Shown here one piece after another: positions 29,561 through 44,079 of a stretch of DNA of 64,000 bases. The stretch covers positions 7,192,001 to 7,256,000 of the forward strand of contig CM022670.1 of assembly GCA_012295275.1 (NCBI GenBank), written 5' to 3'. The notes beneath the pieces are model-generated. The model was not told the origin of the DNA. It worked only from the letters and a program-made list of their open reading frames with translations, and did not search any database. The DNA comes from Chrysomallon squamiferum (lineage: Eukaryota; Animalia; Mollusca). A program made the position numbers and the translations under genes. Position 1 is the stretch's first letter; the number at the start of each line of letters is the position of its first letter.

Positions 29561-31184
29561 TTACTATCTGGTTTACATAACATCTATGACAATCATTAAG
29601 AGTATAAAAATTATTTTAAAATTTATGTAAGTTTGCAAAGTGTTACAAATTACTGGTATTACAGGCTTTTTTTTTTTTTTTTCTGGTCACACGCTGCATA
29701 AACAATAGAACTGAAATCATTTATCATTTCGAAGTCTCATTAGCTTTGAGAATTTCACACAGGAAAAATGACAACACAGGCAAGATGAAATCTTTCATCT
29801 CACTCAGAATATTTTTAATCTGCAATTATTTGGCATTTAATAAAACAACAGGGGGAAAAAAACAAAAAAACTCACTGGGTGTAAATTATCAGGTTATTTA
29901 CCAAACCTCTCTGTATCTAAAACAAAATTAATTCTCACGGTGTACGAACACAATGGATATTCATTAAAATACTAGCTTCTTTGTCTAGTCCTGATTGTAA
30001 TATAAACCTGCATGTTTCAAAAACATGTAGCTCATTGATAGTTAATTTATCATCTCTTTTCAAAAAAATATTATTTGCTATTTCATGTCTGTCAGTAATC
30101 TATCTATGTAAATCTCTCTTGCCCCTCCCTTTCTATTCCCCCCACACTCCAAATGAGATATATTTTACCACTGAATATCCTTGAACTGTCACTTTATACA
30201 AAATACTGTTTTTTGTTGTTGCTGTTGATAATTACCTCTACATATCCCCCTGTTCATTGTTAATAGGAGATTATCTTGTTAATCTTTAACTCCAGTTAAC
30301 TATTTATGAAACACAAGCACCTACGGTCACTTAACGTCCCTTTCGTGGAAACTGGTCATAAATCACTTGATGTGGTAAATAAGTAAAATTAATTTCCAAT
30401 CAAGGGTCTGTCGCACTCTGTTACACATTCTGCACTCGAGTGGAACATCCCTGTATTGAACAGCTAATGTAAGAATGGGCCAGATAAACATCTCAACATT
30501 ATTTGTAAGTACTGAGCTAAAGTTGTCACTTAACTGCCTGTACCATGTAAAAATAAAATAAACTGGATGAATTAGAGATTATGTTTAAATATTTAACTGA
30601 TTTCTGTGTGTTTTTTCTGTGTTTGTATGTGGGAAATTTTGTTGTCTTATGTATGAATATCTGATTAAACTCTTCATACAAACAATATTTTTTGAAATAC
30701 GTATCTATGTACATATGTATTAAAGTCTATATACATATGTATATATGTGTATATTTGTATGACTGTGTATGTATGAGTATGCATGTGTATGTATATATAT
30801 GTATTTATATATATGTATTTATATGTATGTATGTATGTATGTAAATAACGTTACACAAAGAACAATAAGAATTCTAGAGCTGTTTAGGAAGGAAAATAAG
30901 AGTAGATGATAGGACAGCCAATAAACAAAACATTTGTGTCACACTGGTTTATATTTACCACACTAGACACTGACTGAGTAGCTGAGGTATGTAACTGTTT
31001 AAATAAGTACATGTTAACATAGTGGTATGCTTTTAAGTTTGTACGATGGGAAAAAAAAAACAGGAGTAAAGAATTCTTAATGAGAAATGTTGTTGATATA
31101 AACACTGGATTAAGTGTGTGAATAAAAAGAAACAGTTTTAAACAAATATTCTTTACATTCCTCTGGTCAAACAGTTTGTCTAAG

Positions 31185-31370
31185 AAGGAAGAAATGTTTA
31201 AGAAGGCACTTAACATATTTTATGGTTATACAGTGTCACACCATGGTTAAGGGCAACAGAGAGAGTAAGAGATTCTGTGATGTATTATGGACTATTCTTT
31301 CTTTTATTAGCAGCAAGAATCCTTTATATATATCTTAACACAAACAGAAGCAAATCTTGGTCATACAGTT
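31185..31370 (-). mobile_element. Decayed SINE copy abutting a 36-bp minisatellite
   Basis: 'ttagcagcaagaatcctttatata...caaacagaag' is collinear with the copy at about 50075-50130. Boundaries approximate. Confidence 0.45.
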
Positions 31371-31912
31371 GATCTGAGAAACATACCAAGACCTAGTTGA
31401 ACCACAGATCTATGAAACATACCAGGACCTAGTTGAACCACAGATCTGTGAAACATATCAGGACCTAGTTGAACCACAGATCTGTGAAACATATCAAGAC
31501 CTAGTTGAACCACATATCTGTGAAACATACCAAGACCTAGTTGAACCACAGATCTGTGAAACATACCAAGACCTAGTTGAACCACAGATCTGTGAAACAT
31601 ATCAAGACCTAGTTGAACCACAGACCTGTGAAACATATCAAGACCTAGTTGAACCACAGATCTGTGAAACATACCAAGACCTAGTTGAACCACAGATCTG
31701 CGAAACATACCAAGACCTAGTTGAACCATAGATCTGAGAAACATATCAAAACCTAGTTGAACCATAGATCTATGAAACATATCTAGCCATATCATAGATA
31801 TGTGAAACATATCCAAACCTAGTTAAGTACAGATCTGTGAAACATACCAAAACCTAGCTGAACCATAGATCTATGAAACATACAAAACATACCAAAACCT
31901 AGTTGGACCACA
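31371..31912. repeat. 36-bp minisatellite (GATCTGTGAAACATACCAAGACCTAGTTGAACCACA)n, about 15 copies
   Basis: Head-to-tail units. Explains the (MFHRSVVQLGLG)n ORF. Confidence 0.95.
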
Positions 31913-32474
31913 AAGCTGTTGATATGATGAACAGTCTGAAAGTTATAATAGAAATCCAGTAATCCTCAACATTATTCTGCTTTCACTAGTGAAAAGAAAG
32001 CAGTGAGCTGGCTTAGTGAGAGAGAAAGGCTTGCAAACAATATCAGTCCTTTCACTAACAGAACATTACAGCAACGAGATGATGAAAAGAAACTTTTCTC
32101 AATAATTTTCCATGCACGGCTGGTAAAAAACTGTTTTTACATGCTTCACTGATTTCTCAAGTGATATTTATTAGTAACTTGTTACAGTGAGTCCTGCGCT
32201 GGCCTTGGTGGTTGACTCCTGCAGCAGTTTGAGGTGGACGCAGTTTACTGGTTGAATAGCTTTGTGTGGTGAGGTCAGAGATAGTGCCCACAGAAGGCAT
32301 GCTTTTACAGCTTTCTAATGAAAGCACGACACAAATGGACATATTGCTTAACCAGTGCAAGGAGAGACTGGAGGTGTTAACATAAAGAAAACTAACATAA
32401 GTGTTGTGAAAATAAAAAGAAAGTGAAAATGAGTTGAAATGTGTGTGAGATACAGAGGAAGGAAGAGAGTGAAA

Positions 32475-32668
<194 letters not shown>

Positions 32669-33944
32669 GAAAGAAACAAAAAGAGAGGAAGAGAGAGAGA
32701 GCGAGAGAGAGAATCATAGAAAATGACAAATAGATATGGCCAGATAGAAAAAAAATAATAATAATAAAAACTGAAAAAGAAGAAGTTAAGAATGAAAGCA
32801 TGAAAAAGATAAATGTATGTTTTTGTATTATCATGAGATCACAAATTAAAGAAAAAAATACCTTACCCCCCAAAAAACAACAACAACAGAAGTTTAAAAA
32901 GTTAAACTATCACATTCTAAACTGTTACAGTGAAGAGTTACCCAATGCTTAAACTGAGTGTCAGATAAAAGAAGAATCTGAGAGAGAATTAAAAAGTAAG
33001 AACTCCACATTCCAGGCTGACAGTGTCTAGAGATGGATGGTATGAAGGGTATCAGGTGAAAGCTGCACAAAGAGAGGGAGAGAGTGAACAAGGTGGATGT
33101 CAGTAGACTACATTACAAAGCGAGAATTTCAGAAATGCCACATTCCAGGTAAAGTGTCAACCATTGTCAATTCACATTTCCTGCTTCATGGCAGAAAAAA
33201 AATTAAAAATTAGAAAAAATCTCTCTTCTCTTTTCTTTATTTCCCTCTCCTTCTCTTTTTTTTTCTCTCTGTCTTTCTCAAATTTTTCAATCTCTCCCTT
33301 TTTGTTTTCTCTCTCCTTCTCTCTTTTATCTCTTTCTCTGTCTGCCTTGTATGTCTGTTTGTCTGATATCTGTTTTTCTCTGACTGTGTTTACACAAACA
33401 TACTTGTGTAACTGATGATACAATATCATGGAGAGGACATGAGAAACATTCTAATATATATTTTTTGAGAATAAAAAAACTCTGACAGTTTAATGTATCA
33501 CAAAAGACAGACAGACCGACAGTGATATGTGATCATGGACGTTAAAACCAGAGAATGCTTCATCACAACAAACATCTTCTCTTCACTGCAGACTTCCCTG
33601 ATGACTAGGATTTGTAAGGGATGAAAATCTCATTAACTCTTAGTCATTAAATTGTTATGGGTCAGTTGTGGGTTTAAAATATCCAAGCAGCAAAACACAG
33701 ACAAAAGAGATTAAGAATGTGCATTTATGAAAAATACCGTAGCATCACCTTAGGTCTATCACCCAGTGTCTACTTTAACTGATGGACACATTTGTGTTTC
33801 TGTATTAACAAAGAAATTATTTTGATATTTAAACCACCTCTAGATCTGAGTCTTACTTCAGGGTGTAATATTTTATGTGTAAAAGTTTTTAAATTGATTG
33901 GAATAATTTTTCTGAAGGTGATTAGTTTTGTTGTCAGTTACAAC

Positions 33945-33952
33945 AGAGAGAA

Positions 33953-34041
<89 letters not shown>
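33945..34041. repeat. (GA)n microsatellite
   Basis: Seen directly. Confidence 0.95.
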
Positions 34042-34046
<5 letters not shown>

Positions 34047-34455
34047 ATGAATAGAAGCTATGACAGAAAAGCGGAAAAAGAAGAACTGAGTAAAATAAAA
34101 TGAAGGAGAGAAAGAAACAGGAGAGGGTATGGAACAGAAAGCAATAAAGAAAGAAATATGAAGAAACTGATAAAATGTGAAAGAGCAAGAGGCAGACATT
34201 TCAACTAATTTTACAACAAACTGAAACTTTAGGTGATGCTGTCTCTTTAAAAATATCACAGTCACTTTTAATTTGTTAAACCTTTATTTTCAAAAAGGTT
34301 TTTTTTTTTCTTCTTCTTTTCTTCATTTCTTTTTTTTTTTTCTTTTAACACTTTTTTGTACTTGAGAAGGCTGGAATCTCACATTTTCTAAAGGGTCAAA
34401 CTGACACTGTGTAAAATTACAGGTGACTTTCTAGGTCTACTCTCGTTTCAGGTAG

Positions 34456-34496
<41 letters not shown>

Positions 34497-36179
34497 GGAA
34501 ATAACCTTTATTTAGTGTCTCTGTGTATAACTCTATCTCACCAATCTAACAAGAGTCTTTGTGGGATATACCACACGTATATCACACCCAGCTGATATGT
34601 GAAACACCAATTAGTAGTCTCTAAACAAACATGAGACTCTCATACTTAACACTGTCCTTGTTAGCAAATATTTACACACAAACAGATTGGCTTGTTACAG
34701 GTAGATATTCTCAAACATTTATACCTGTAACAACTTTTTTCTTGTTTATTCTGGCTGATGAGAAGACAATCCTCATTTTATTTTGTTTGATTGTTATTCT
34801 GAAAAGTATTTCAAATATTCAGTCTAATTTTTATTTTTATCTTTTTTTTCGTTTTTTTTGTGAATTTATTACTACTGTTGTTGTTATTATTATAACTATA
34901 ATTATTATTATTAATCATTTTTACTAAAAAAAAAATTTAATTTATTTATTTATTTACTATTATAACTATAATTATCATTACTAATTATTTTTACTATTTT
35001 TTATTTTTTATTTATTTACTATTATTATTATTATTATGTTTGTTTTTTGCATAAACTCATGTTAAATTTTTATATTTTCAAAAGAAAACTGTTACTCTAG
35101 TTCTGTAACTTCTTTAAATAGTCTCAAAAGAAAACATTTCACATTACTGACTTAATATTCTACAAAAGAACTACTTTTAAAAACTAATTTTCTTAAAGAA
35201 AGGAAACATAAATACCATCACCACAGGTGCTGCATTACAAGTACTGGTTAGAACAAGAAATTAGCCCTCTGTGCCATTAAGGAGGAGCGATCTCCAACCT
35301 GAAATACTAGATTTCACTCAACTCCCATTTATCAAGTAGATTATTAAATATTCTGTTGGCATTTTTGTACTTGTAATCTGAGAGTGCCAAGATGTTGAGA
35401 TATTCTTACAGTGGTTAGAAAGCTCAGAATGTTACAGTTGCTGGATGACAGAACATGGGGGAATGATCCATACCAAAAAATGACAGAAAGCAGGAAAAGC
35501 TGATTCAGATAATCTTATCATACATGACCTTGACCTTACATTAATAAATCTGTCTAAAGAAAATGTCAAAAAAATCCTCCATATGTTTCCAAATTAACCT
35601 TACAGGTGACATAATCCATCTCCATTTTCATCTGTCACTGATAAAGAAAATACCTGTTAAAGGTATTTCTATAATGGTTGATGAAAATACCTGCACACGA
35701 TACCTGAATCTACCTGGTGTCAGCATCTAGCTGCACGGAGAGAAAGGAAAAAAATACATTTACACCTGGAGTCAGGATTCTTACATGCGTGTTAATGTTC
35801 TGACCTCTGTAATCAAGTTACACGAGTTACTCAATCAAGCAGAATCAAATACATTCATGTGAATTCCCAATAACCAGGCAGCCATGTTGAATTAATTATT
35901 AATTTTTCTCCCTGTATTGAAAATATGGTGAAGATGATCTGGGAGGGGGGTGGTCACAGAATGAATACCTGTTATCTGATATATCTTTTTCTTTATATGC
36001 TTCAGTTGACAACAAAAATTTGGTAAAAATGATTATTACTTGCTGTGCTGTTAGAAAGCCTGTTATTTCGCTTGATGAATTATTAACACACCTGCAAATG
36101 ATGACATGTAGTTAACATAATTACCACAAACTTTTTACAGAGATTTTTTTTTTTTAAATTCTTTTTTATTTTATATCCT

Positions 36180-36500
<321 letters not shown>

Positions 36501-38013
36501 TTTTTTGATAGGATTTCATTTTGACATTTTCAAATATTTATTTATATTTACCTCCTTCTTTCTTTCTTTCTTTCTTTCTTTTTCATTTTCATTTATTTAT
36601 TTTTTTAATTTTTTTAAATGGATATATATTTTCTTTTAGATTTTTTGTTGTTTTATTAGTTCTTTTTATTATTATTATTATTTTTTAAGACATTGTCTGC
36701 ATCATAATTATAACTTTTTGCTTACTTCTAACACAGCTATAAATATAACAGTTATTTTCTTTTGAAATGCAATAACAAGAGTCTCAGATAAATACAACAG
36801 ATAAATAAATAAAAGTAAAATAAATGTACATCAATAAAAATGTCACTGAGGTATAAGGTGCCACATAAAAAATACTCATATCTTTTAAGAGAATTAACTT
36901 GACATAAACAAATAAATAAACAAACAAAATGAACGAATAAATGAACAAACGAACGAACAATCAAATGAATGAATAAATAAATAAATACAAATAATTAGTA
37001 AGTGAATAGAAAACAAACAAGAATAAGTATCAAAGAATGAATGAATAAATGTTAATAAATAAATAAATATTTATGAATAATTAATAAGTATATAATAATA
37101 ATAAATTAAAAAACGAGTATAAATTAATGAAAAAAATGAATTAATAAAAATAAATAATAAAATAAAATAAAATGTAGAAATTCCCAAGATGAGAAAAACA
37201 TTAAAAAAAAAGTTGCTTAGAATGGAATAAAATAAGATAACAGCTCCTTGTTTACTCACTGCAGTATTATTATAGCTAGTATCAAATTTCTTTTACCAAG
37301 TACAGAAAAAATAACAAAAGCATGTAAAAAAAAAAATTTTTTTATAATATTCATATCAACAACTTTATGTTCACTTCCTGAAATAGACCAAGCAGGTAAT
37401 AATCCCAAGTCATAAAATAATTTTTAAAATTATTTACTGCTTAAACTCACAGATATTTCAGTTTTATTTTTCACTTTTTTTTTTTCAAAGTATTTCCAAT
37501 CAGTTTAATGGCACTTGCCATAAATAATCATGTCAGTTTTTATGGCCTGCAAATATTTCTATACAACATAAATTAGCATTGAACAAACATTACATACAAT
37601 ACCTGTGTAATTAAGTAAACGATTCACCTGGATTATATATTTCTGTTTATTACTAAAACAGCAGTGAAGAAGCTGGGGGTATGAAATACTTCACATTCTT
37701 TGTTTAAATTTACGTAGACAACCAGTGTGGAAGGGTTCAGTCCTAGGATGATATATAATGTATTTAGTAAGACTGATGCAAAATAATGGGTATCAGTGAG
37801 GTGATATGAGTGCTAATAGACTAGTGGGTATAGCAGCAGAGAAAACATATGGGTCTGACAGAGGTATCAAAGATGGGCAGGCTGGAAAAGGGTGATGGAT
37901 GTTGTGGTAGCAGTGGTGGTGGTCGAATGGTGGTTATAGCAAGAGCTATGATGGGTGTAAAGGGCAGGTATTTAAGAGAGAAATAAATTGTGAGTAAAAG
38001 AGAAAGTGGTAAA

Positions 38014-39340
38014 TATAGTGAAGAGAAAGAGGTGGATATAATGAAGAGAAAGTTGGGCATAGTGGAAAGAAAGAGGTGGGTATAGTGAAGAGAAAGAGAT
38101 GGGCATAGCGAAGAGAAAGAGGTGGATATAGTGAAGAGAAAGAGATGGATATAGTGAAGAGAAAGAGATGGATAGAGTGAAGAGAAAGAGGTGGATACAA
38201 TGAAGAGAAAGAGGTGGGTATAGTTGGGATATAGTGAAAGAAAGAGGTGGGTATAGTGAAGAGAAAAGTTGGGCATTTTGAAGAGAAAGTTGGATATTTT
38301 GGAGAGAAAGAGGTGGATATAGCGAAGAAAAAGAGATGGATATAGTGATGAGAAAGAGTTGGATATAATGAAGAGAAAATTGGATATAGTGAAGAGAAAG
38401 AGATGGGCATAGTGAAGAGAAAGAGGTGGATATAGTGAAGAGAAAGAGGTGGATATAGTGAAGAGAAAGAGGTGGATATAGTGAAGAGAAAGAGGTGGAT
38501 ATAGTGAAGAGAAAGAGGTGGGCATAGTGAAGAGAAAGAGGTGGATATAGTGAAGAGAAAGAGGTGGATACAATGAAGAGAAAGAGGTGGATACAATGAA
38601 GAGAAAGAGGTGGACAATGAAGAGAAAGAGGTGGATATAGTGAAGAGAAAGAGGTGGGCATAGTGAAGAGAAAGAGGTGGATACAGTGAAGAGAAAGAGG
38701 TGGACATAGTGAAGAGAAAGAGGTGGATATAGTGAAGAGAAAGAGGTGGATATAGTGAAGAGAAAGAGGTGGATACAGTGAAGAGAAAGAGGTGGATATA
38801 GTGAAGAGAAAGAGGTGGACATAGTGAAGAGAAAGAGGTGGATAAAGTGAAGAGAAAGAGGTGGGTATAGTGAAGAGAAAGAGGTGGGTATATTGAAGAG
38901 AAAGAGATGGATACAGTGAAGAGAAAGAGGTGGGTATAGTGAAGAGAAAGAGGTGGATACAGTGAAGAGAAAGAGGTGGACATAGTGAAAAGAAAGAGGT
39001 GGATATAGTGAAGAGAAAGAGTTGGGCATAGTGAAGAGAAAGAGATAGAGAAAAAGATGGATATAGTGAAGAGAAAGAGGTGGGTATATTGAAGAGGAAG
39101 AGATGGGTATAGTGAAGAGAAAGAGGTAGATATAGTGAAGAGAAAGAGATGGGTATAGTGAAGAGAAAGAGATGGAAATAGAGAAGAGGAAGAGATGGGT
39201 ATATTGAACAGACAAAATGGATACAGTGAAGAGGAAGAAGTGGATACAGTGAAGAGAAAGAAGTGGATACAGTGAAGAGAAAGAAGTGGATACAGTGAAG
39301 GGAAAGAGATGGATACACTGAAGAGAATGATATAGTGAGG
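38014..39340. repeat. 23-bp purine-rich minisatellite (GTGAAGAGAAAGAGGTGGATATA)n, about 55 copies
   Basis: Homogeneous centre with degenerate ends. Confidence 0.95.
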
Positions 39341-41504
39341 ACAAACGCGTACAGTGGATTTAAAGATGGAGAGTATACTGGATACAGAAGAGGTGGGTAC
39401 AGTGGGGGAAGGATGGGCGGGATTTATAACAGAGAGTGTTTGTCTGGGACAGAGGATGTGATGAATGGAATGGCTACATGAAGAGTTGCCATTATCCTGG
39501 GATTATCAGATAACACCCGCCTTTGTCCAGCCACACAATCACACACAAACACTCCACACAGCCTGGCCATAAAGCAGCACAAAGCAAGTGTGACATGGAA
39601 TAAATTTAACTCTTTCACTGCTCTCGTCAAATATTGGCTTTAGACAGATTTGAAAATACCAAGTAGATTAGAGATAAAAAATAAAATTTAAAAAAATGAA
39701 AGAAAGAAAGATGGACATTTTTTTATGAAAATGTCTTTCTGTACATCAACCTTTATGTTATTTTATTAGGTTTTTTTTTAGTTAAGCTAACACTGACAGA
39801 CAGACAGATTGAGAGATAAACTGACAGAGAAAGACAGATGAATACAAAAAAGGTATGTGTTGTATATATCTTATAAGTATATGGTATAGATGTATCACTA
39901 ATTAAATGCATTGACATTTTCAAAACATCATTTCTGTATCTTCTTCTTTGCATAATTATGTCTCAATATATATGTATGTATCTGTATGTGTGTTTTTAGC
40001 AGTAGTTACAAAAATTAAATAAATAAATAAATAAATAACACATTGTTGTATACCTGTGATGTTGTTCAGTGTGTATTACAAGAGATCATAAGGCCTGTTA
40101 CCTGCTGTAGGTAAAACATCACACCTGTAACAGGTGACACTCTGTGATGGTATCTGTCACCTGCACAAGTTGACATGAAAATTACATTTCATGCAGCTGT
40201 AATTCTTTTATCTATCTCTCTTTCGCATACGTAAATATATATAATGTATATAATCATACACACACACACACAATATTATTCATATATACCCATCAACAGA
40301 TACACACATGAACATACATGTGAACCAACATCATACATCATAAATACATACGTACATATGTATGTGTGTATATATATATACAGATATACACATACATACA
40401 GATATACACACATACACATACATACATACACACACATACACATACATACACACATACATACACACAACATATAAGTATATATGATAATATATGAACATAC
40501 ACAGATATACACACATACATACATAGTGATAGACACATACACATACATACATACATACATACATACATACATACACACACACATACATATACATATACAC
40601 ACACATACATACATACATACATATATACACCCAGTCATGTTAATAGTCATTCCATGAAAATTTGTTTACAAAGGTCACACAGTTAATGGAATTCCAAAAA
40701 TCTCTGTAGGCCTATTTCCTTTTTTTTTTTCTTCTTTCTTTTTAAACATTAAAAACTGCTCAGATGGCCTGATATTTGCAGTAATAAAAGCTCTTTGTTA
40801 TTACATACACAGAGCCTAACATCAGTCCAGTCCTGGAGGTTTTCCGTCAAGATTTAATCATTGTTTCTTTGTCAGGTAAAATTTACCAAAACAAAAACAA
40901 ATTGAAAACAAACAAAAAAAAAACATTATTAAGAAATAAAAATAAAAAGAATGAAATAAAAATTAAAAAAAAATAAAAATAAAAAAAAGCATTAAAAAAG
41001 AAAGAAAAAAGAAAATAAAAAAAAAAAAAAAAAAATAGTAAAAATTAAAACAACAAAACTCAATTCTGAAGTTATCCAATTCTTTCAAGAACTGTTATCA
41101 GACCACCCACATTACTGCATTATCACAACATTAACCTGTAGCTGCCAAGAAGAGTTCTCTGCCCTTTACACTGTATCAACGATAGGGGTGTGCAACAGAA
41201 AACAGACCTGATTATCAGAGGGAAATCACAGCTCTGGTGGTCAGGTGTGTCAGTAATTTAAACCCAACACAATCAGTTAAAAATGTCACTTCTTCACTTA
41301 ACAATGGGGCTGAAAGTAAAGTCAAATAAAAGAAGCTCTACTGCTGTTGAGGCATGCCTGTCATGGAGCAGAAGTCTCTACTGAAGAATGAAGAAATATA
41401 TTTTTTTAAGGATGTGTCTGTTTATAAGCTCTGTAAACATTTGTAACCTATGTACAGCTTTGTAACATTACACCATTGCTGCATACCTCATATTTATAAT
41501 TGAG

Positions 41505-41650
41505 GAGTATCCAGATATACAGACAGAACAGCACATATCATGGTGTTTGATAAATTAATAATGAAATCCTGTCTGGAATGGGAATTAGCTCAAGGTTCAC
41601 TCTGAGAAGGCATGATCCCGCTAAAATGTAGTCTCTAACTAATTCACTAG
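41505..41650 (-). mobile_element. Decayed SINE fragment
   Basis: ATACAGACAGAACAGCACATA at 41517-41537 is shared with the other copies. Confidence 0.5.
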
Positions 41651-43394
41651 TGAACTCATTTGCTGTGTCCATGACAAACATGCTAGAATATTTTATGATA
41701 GGAGATTGGTTAAAAACAACCTTCGTTAAAGAGAGGTGAGTTTCATTTGTTATAATCTGTTAATTAATTTATTTTTTGTTTCACTGATTTTGTTATTTTA
41801 TTTTATTTTATTTTTTACTCACAGCTGACATGCACACATATAAATTTAATTATTAAGAAACATTTTTTAACAAACACCAAATACTCGCTGAAACTTTTAT
41901 TTGACATTTATCTGCGACACCATTTTTAATTATCCCAGTCTAACCTATCAACAAAATATTTTGGAACATTTAAAAAAAAAAAAAAAAAAAAAAAACAATT
42001 CCTTTTCTTTATCTCTTTTTTTTTTTTTGTACATTTTTCCTCAGTGATATTTGTCCATGAATGTAGACACTTTTCTCATAAATCAGATATGTTAGAAATG
42101 CTTGTGTCAACAATGTCCTCCATACGAAGCTATTACTTACTCATTTATATAATTTAAAAAAAAAACATTTTTGTGGTGTGTGGATCAAATAAAAAATTTT
42201 AAAAAAATTATTAAATGAAATGAGAGAAATGTTGAATAACCTGCAAAAGTAAACAAATTGTTTTACCTGGAATTTCAGGTGATATATTACTCAACTGAGT
42301 AATTGCAGCTTCCAGTAAGTTGTGTAAGTTTTAAAAAAAGTAAATTTACCTGTAACTACAGGTGATATATACGTTATCTGAGAAAATTCTTTTTAATCAT
42401 TAATGTGAGCTGAACATTTTTAAAATAATGTATGAAAAAAATAATTTACCTGGAATTATTAGGTAATTAATAAGAAACATGAATAATGAGCTGTTTACAA
42501 TATGATGAGAAATTTATTTTTAGCTAGAGTTACAGGTAATATTTGATAAAGCTGAGTTAAATGTCTTCAGACACGTTCCATTATTTTAGTTTTATTCAAA
42601 ATTTATATTTATCATTTTTAATGTGTTATTTTCCATGCATTCTTCCAAAGGTGAACTAGGCCAGAAAATAACTGATATAATTACATGTCAATATATTTAT
42701 CATAAATTATGATATTAAAATATCAGCCAAATTAAGAAGTAAATTGTATTAATATATAAATAACAGTAATTTACTTATTATTTTTTTTAAATTTTTAATT
42801 AATTTATTTATTTTTAGATTAGTGACAAGTTATGACATTTATTTTCATAATAGAATGTTTTAATTTTTTTTTTAACAACATAATTTGTTTAATTTTCATG
42901 ATATTGTCTGTTTTATACATCAAAAAAATTGATTAAGCATTTTTCATTGTTTACATTCATTTTCAAACAAACTATTTTAACTTCATGACGGTTTAATATT
43001 GATATTGTAGATGTAATAGACTCAGTCTTTTATCTAAATTTGGACTAATGTTTAGTCAGTATCAATGAATTTTTTTTTTTTTTAACTTTTATTTATAAAC
43101 ATGGGTATAGGTGTATGAATAATAATAACAACAACAACTAAATAATCATACCATCATTAAAAACAACAACAACAACAACAACAATAACGATAATTATAAT
43201 GATGATGGTAACAATGATGAAAATTATAATACTACCAACAAAATAATAATAATAAATGTCTTTAAAATGGATACAAAACAATGATTAAAACTGAAAATGA
43301 AAATACATTTAAAAAAAAACGTAGATATAAATGTGTTATGTTGTATATATTAGGGGTTGGGTATAAATAGAGAAGTCTGTCTATCTGTACTTAC

Positions 43395-43464
43395 CAGGCC
43401 TGCTATTGGAGTTGGTAATTTGTTAATTCTTTTTACTGATCCTGGCTTAATGCTGTTCAGAAGT
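43395..43464 (-). CDS. LMO7: LMO7/LIMCH1-family gene, coding exon 3 (CH domain)
   Basis: ttttcttgcag| (E)[23 protein letters not shown] |GTAAGT. Matches the LMO7/LIMCH1 motif KPG..K.IN.L.TPIAGL. Phases 2/0. Confidence 0.93.
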
Positions 43465-43893
43465 CTGCAAGAAAAATAAAACATCAATTAATTACAATCA
43501 TTAAATTATGTTAACACTTTTATACAATAATAATAATAATAATAATAACAATAACAATAAATACTACTTCTATAAAAACAATTAGAAAAAATACAAGAAT
43601 AAAAAAAATTGTAACATGATCAAATTATGACTTGAATGAAAGTTTTTTGCACTGATTAATAAAATCATAATAATACATTTACTAATAAAAAATTATTATT
43701 GTTGTTATTATTATTATTATTACAACAATTTTAACAATTATTATTATTATTCTATTATTACTACTGCTACTACTATTACTATTATTATTGCTATTATTAT
43801 AATTACTAGTATTATTTTAGTTATAATTTTTTTTTTTAAATGTTTGGTGTGTGTGTGTGTGTTTGTGTATCTGTCTGTCTGTCTGATACTTAC

Positions 43894-43967
43894 TCGCACA
43901 GTAATATTCCATTTTCTAGAGACTTTCTAGGATCATCAGGATACTGAAACATTTTCTTTGTTACAGC
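43894..43967 (-). CDS. LMO7: LMO7/LIMCH1-family gene, coding exon 2 (CH domain)
   Basis: ttttgcag| AVTKKMFQYPDDPRKSLENGILLC+GA |GTAAGT. 'SLENGILLC' is a CH-domain signature of this family. Phases 0/2 fit the neighbouring exons. Confidence 0.92.
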
Positions 43968-44038
43968 CTGCAAAAGTAACATAATAAAATAAATAAAATA
44001 ACAAACAAACAAACAAACAAACAAACAAACACACAAAC

Positions 44039-44079
<41 letters not shown>

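Noticed and set aside
31361-31816. 151-aa repeat ORF, and a CRISPR-like 36-bp repeat length
   Set aside because: Head-to-tail minisatellite with no unique spacers, no cas genes and a eukaryotic context. The ORF follows from the unit being a multiple of 3.
37821-39344. 507-, 448- and 345-aa minus-strand ORFs
   Set aside because: Translations of a 23-bp minisatellite whose G-poor strand lacks stop codons; open in all three frames.
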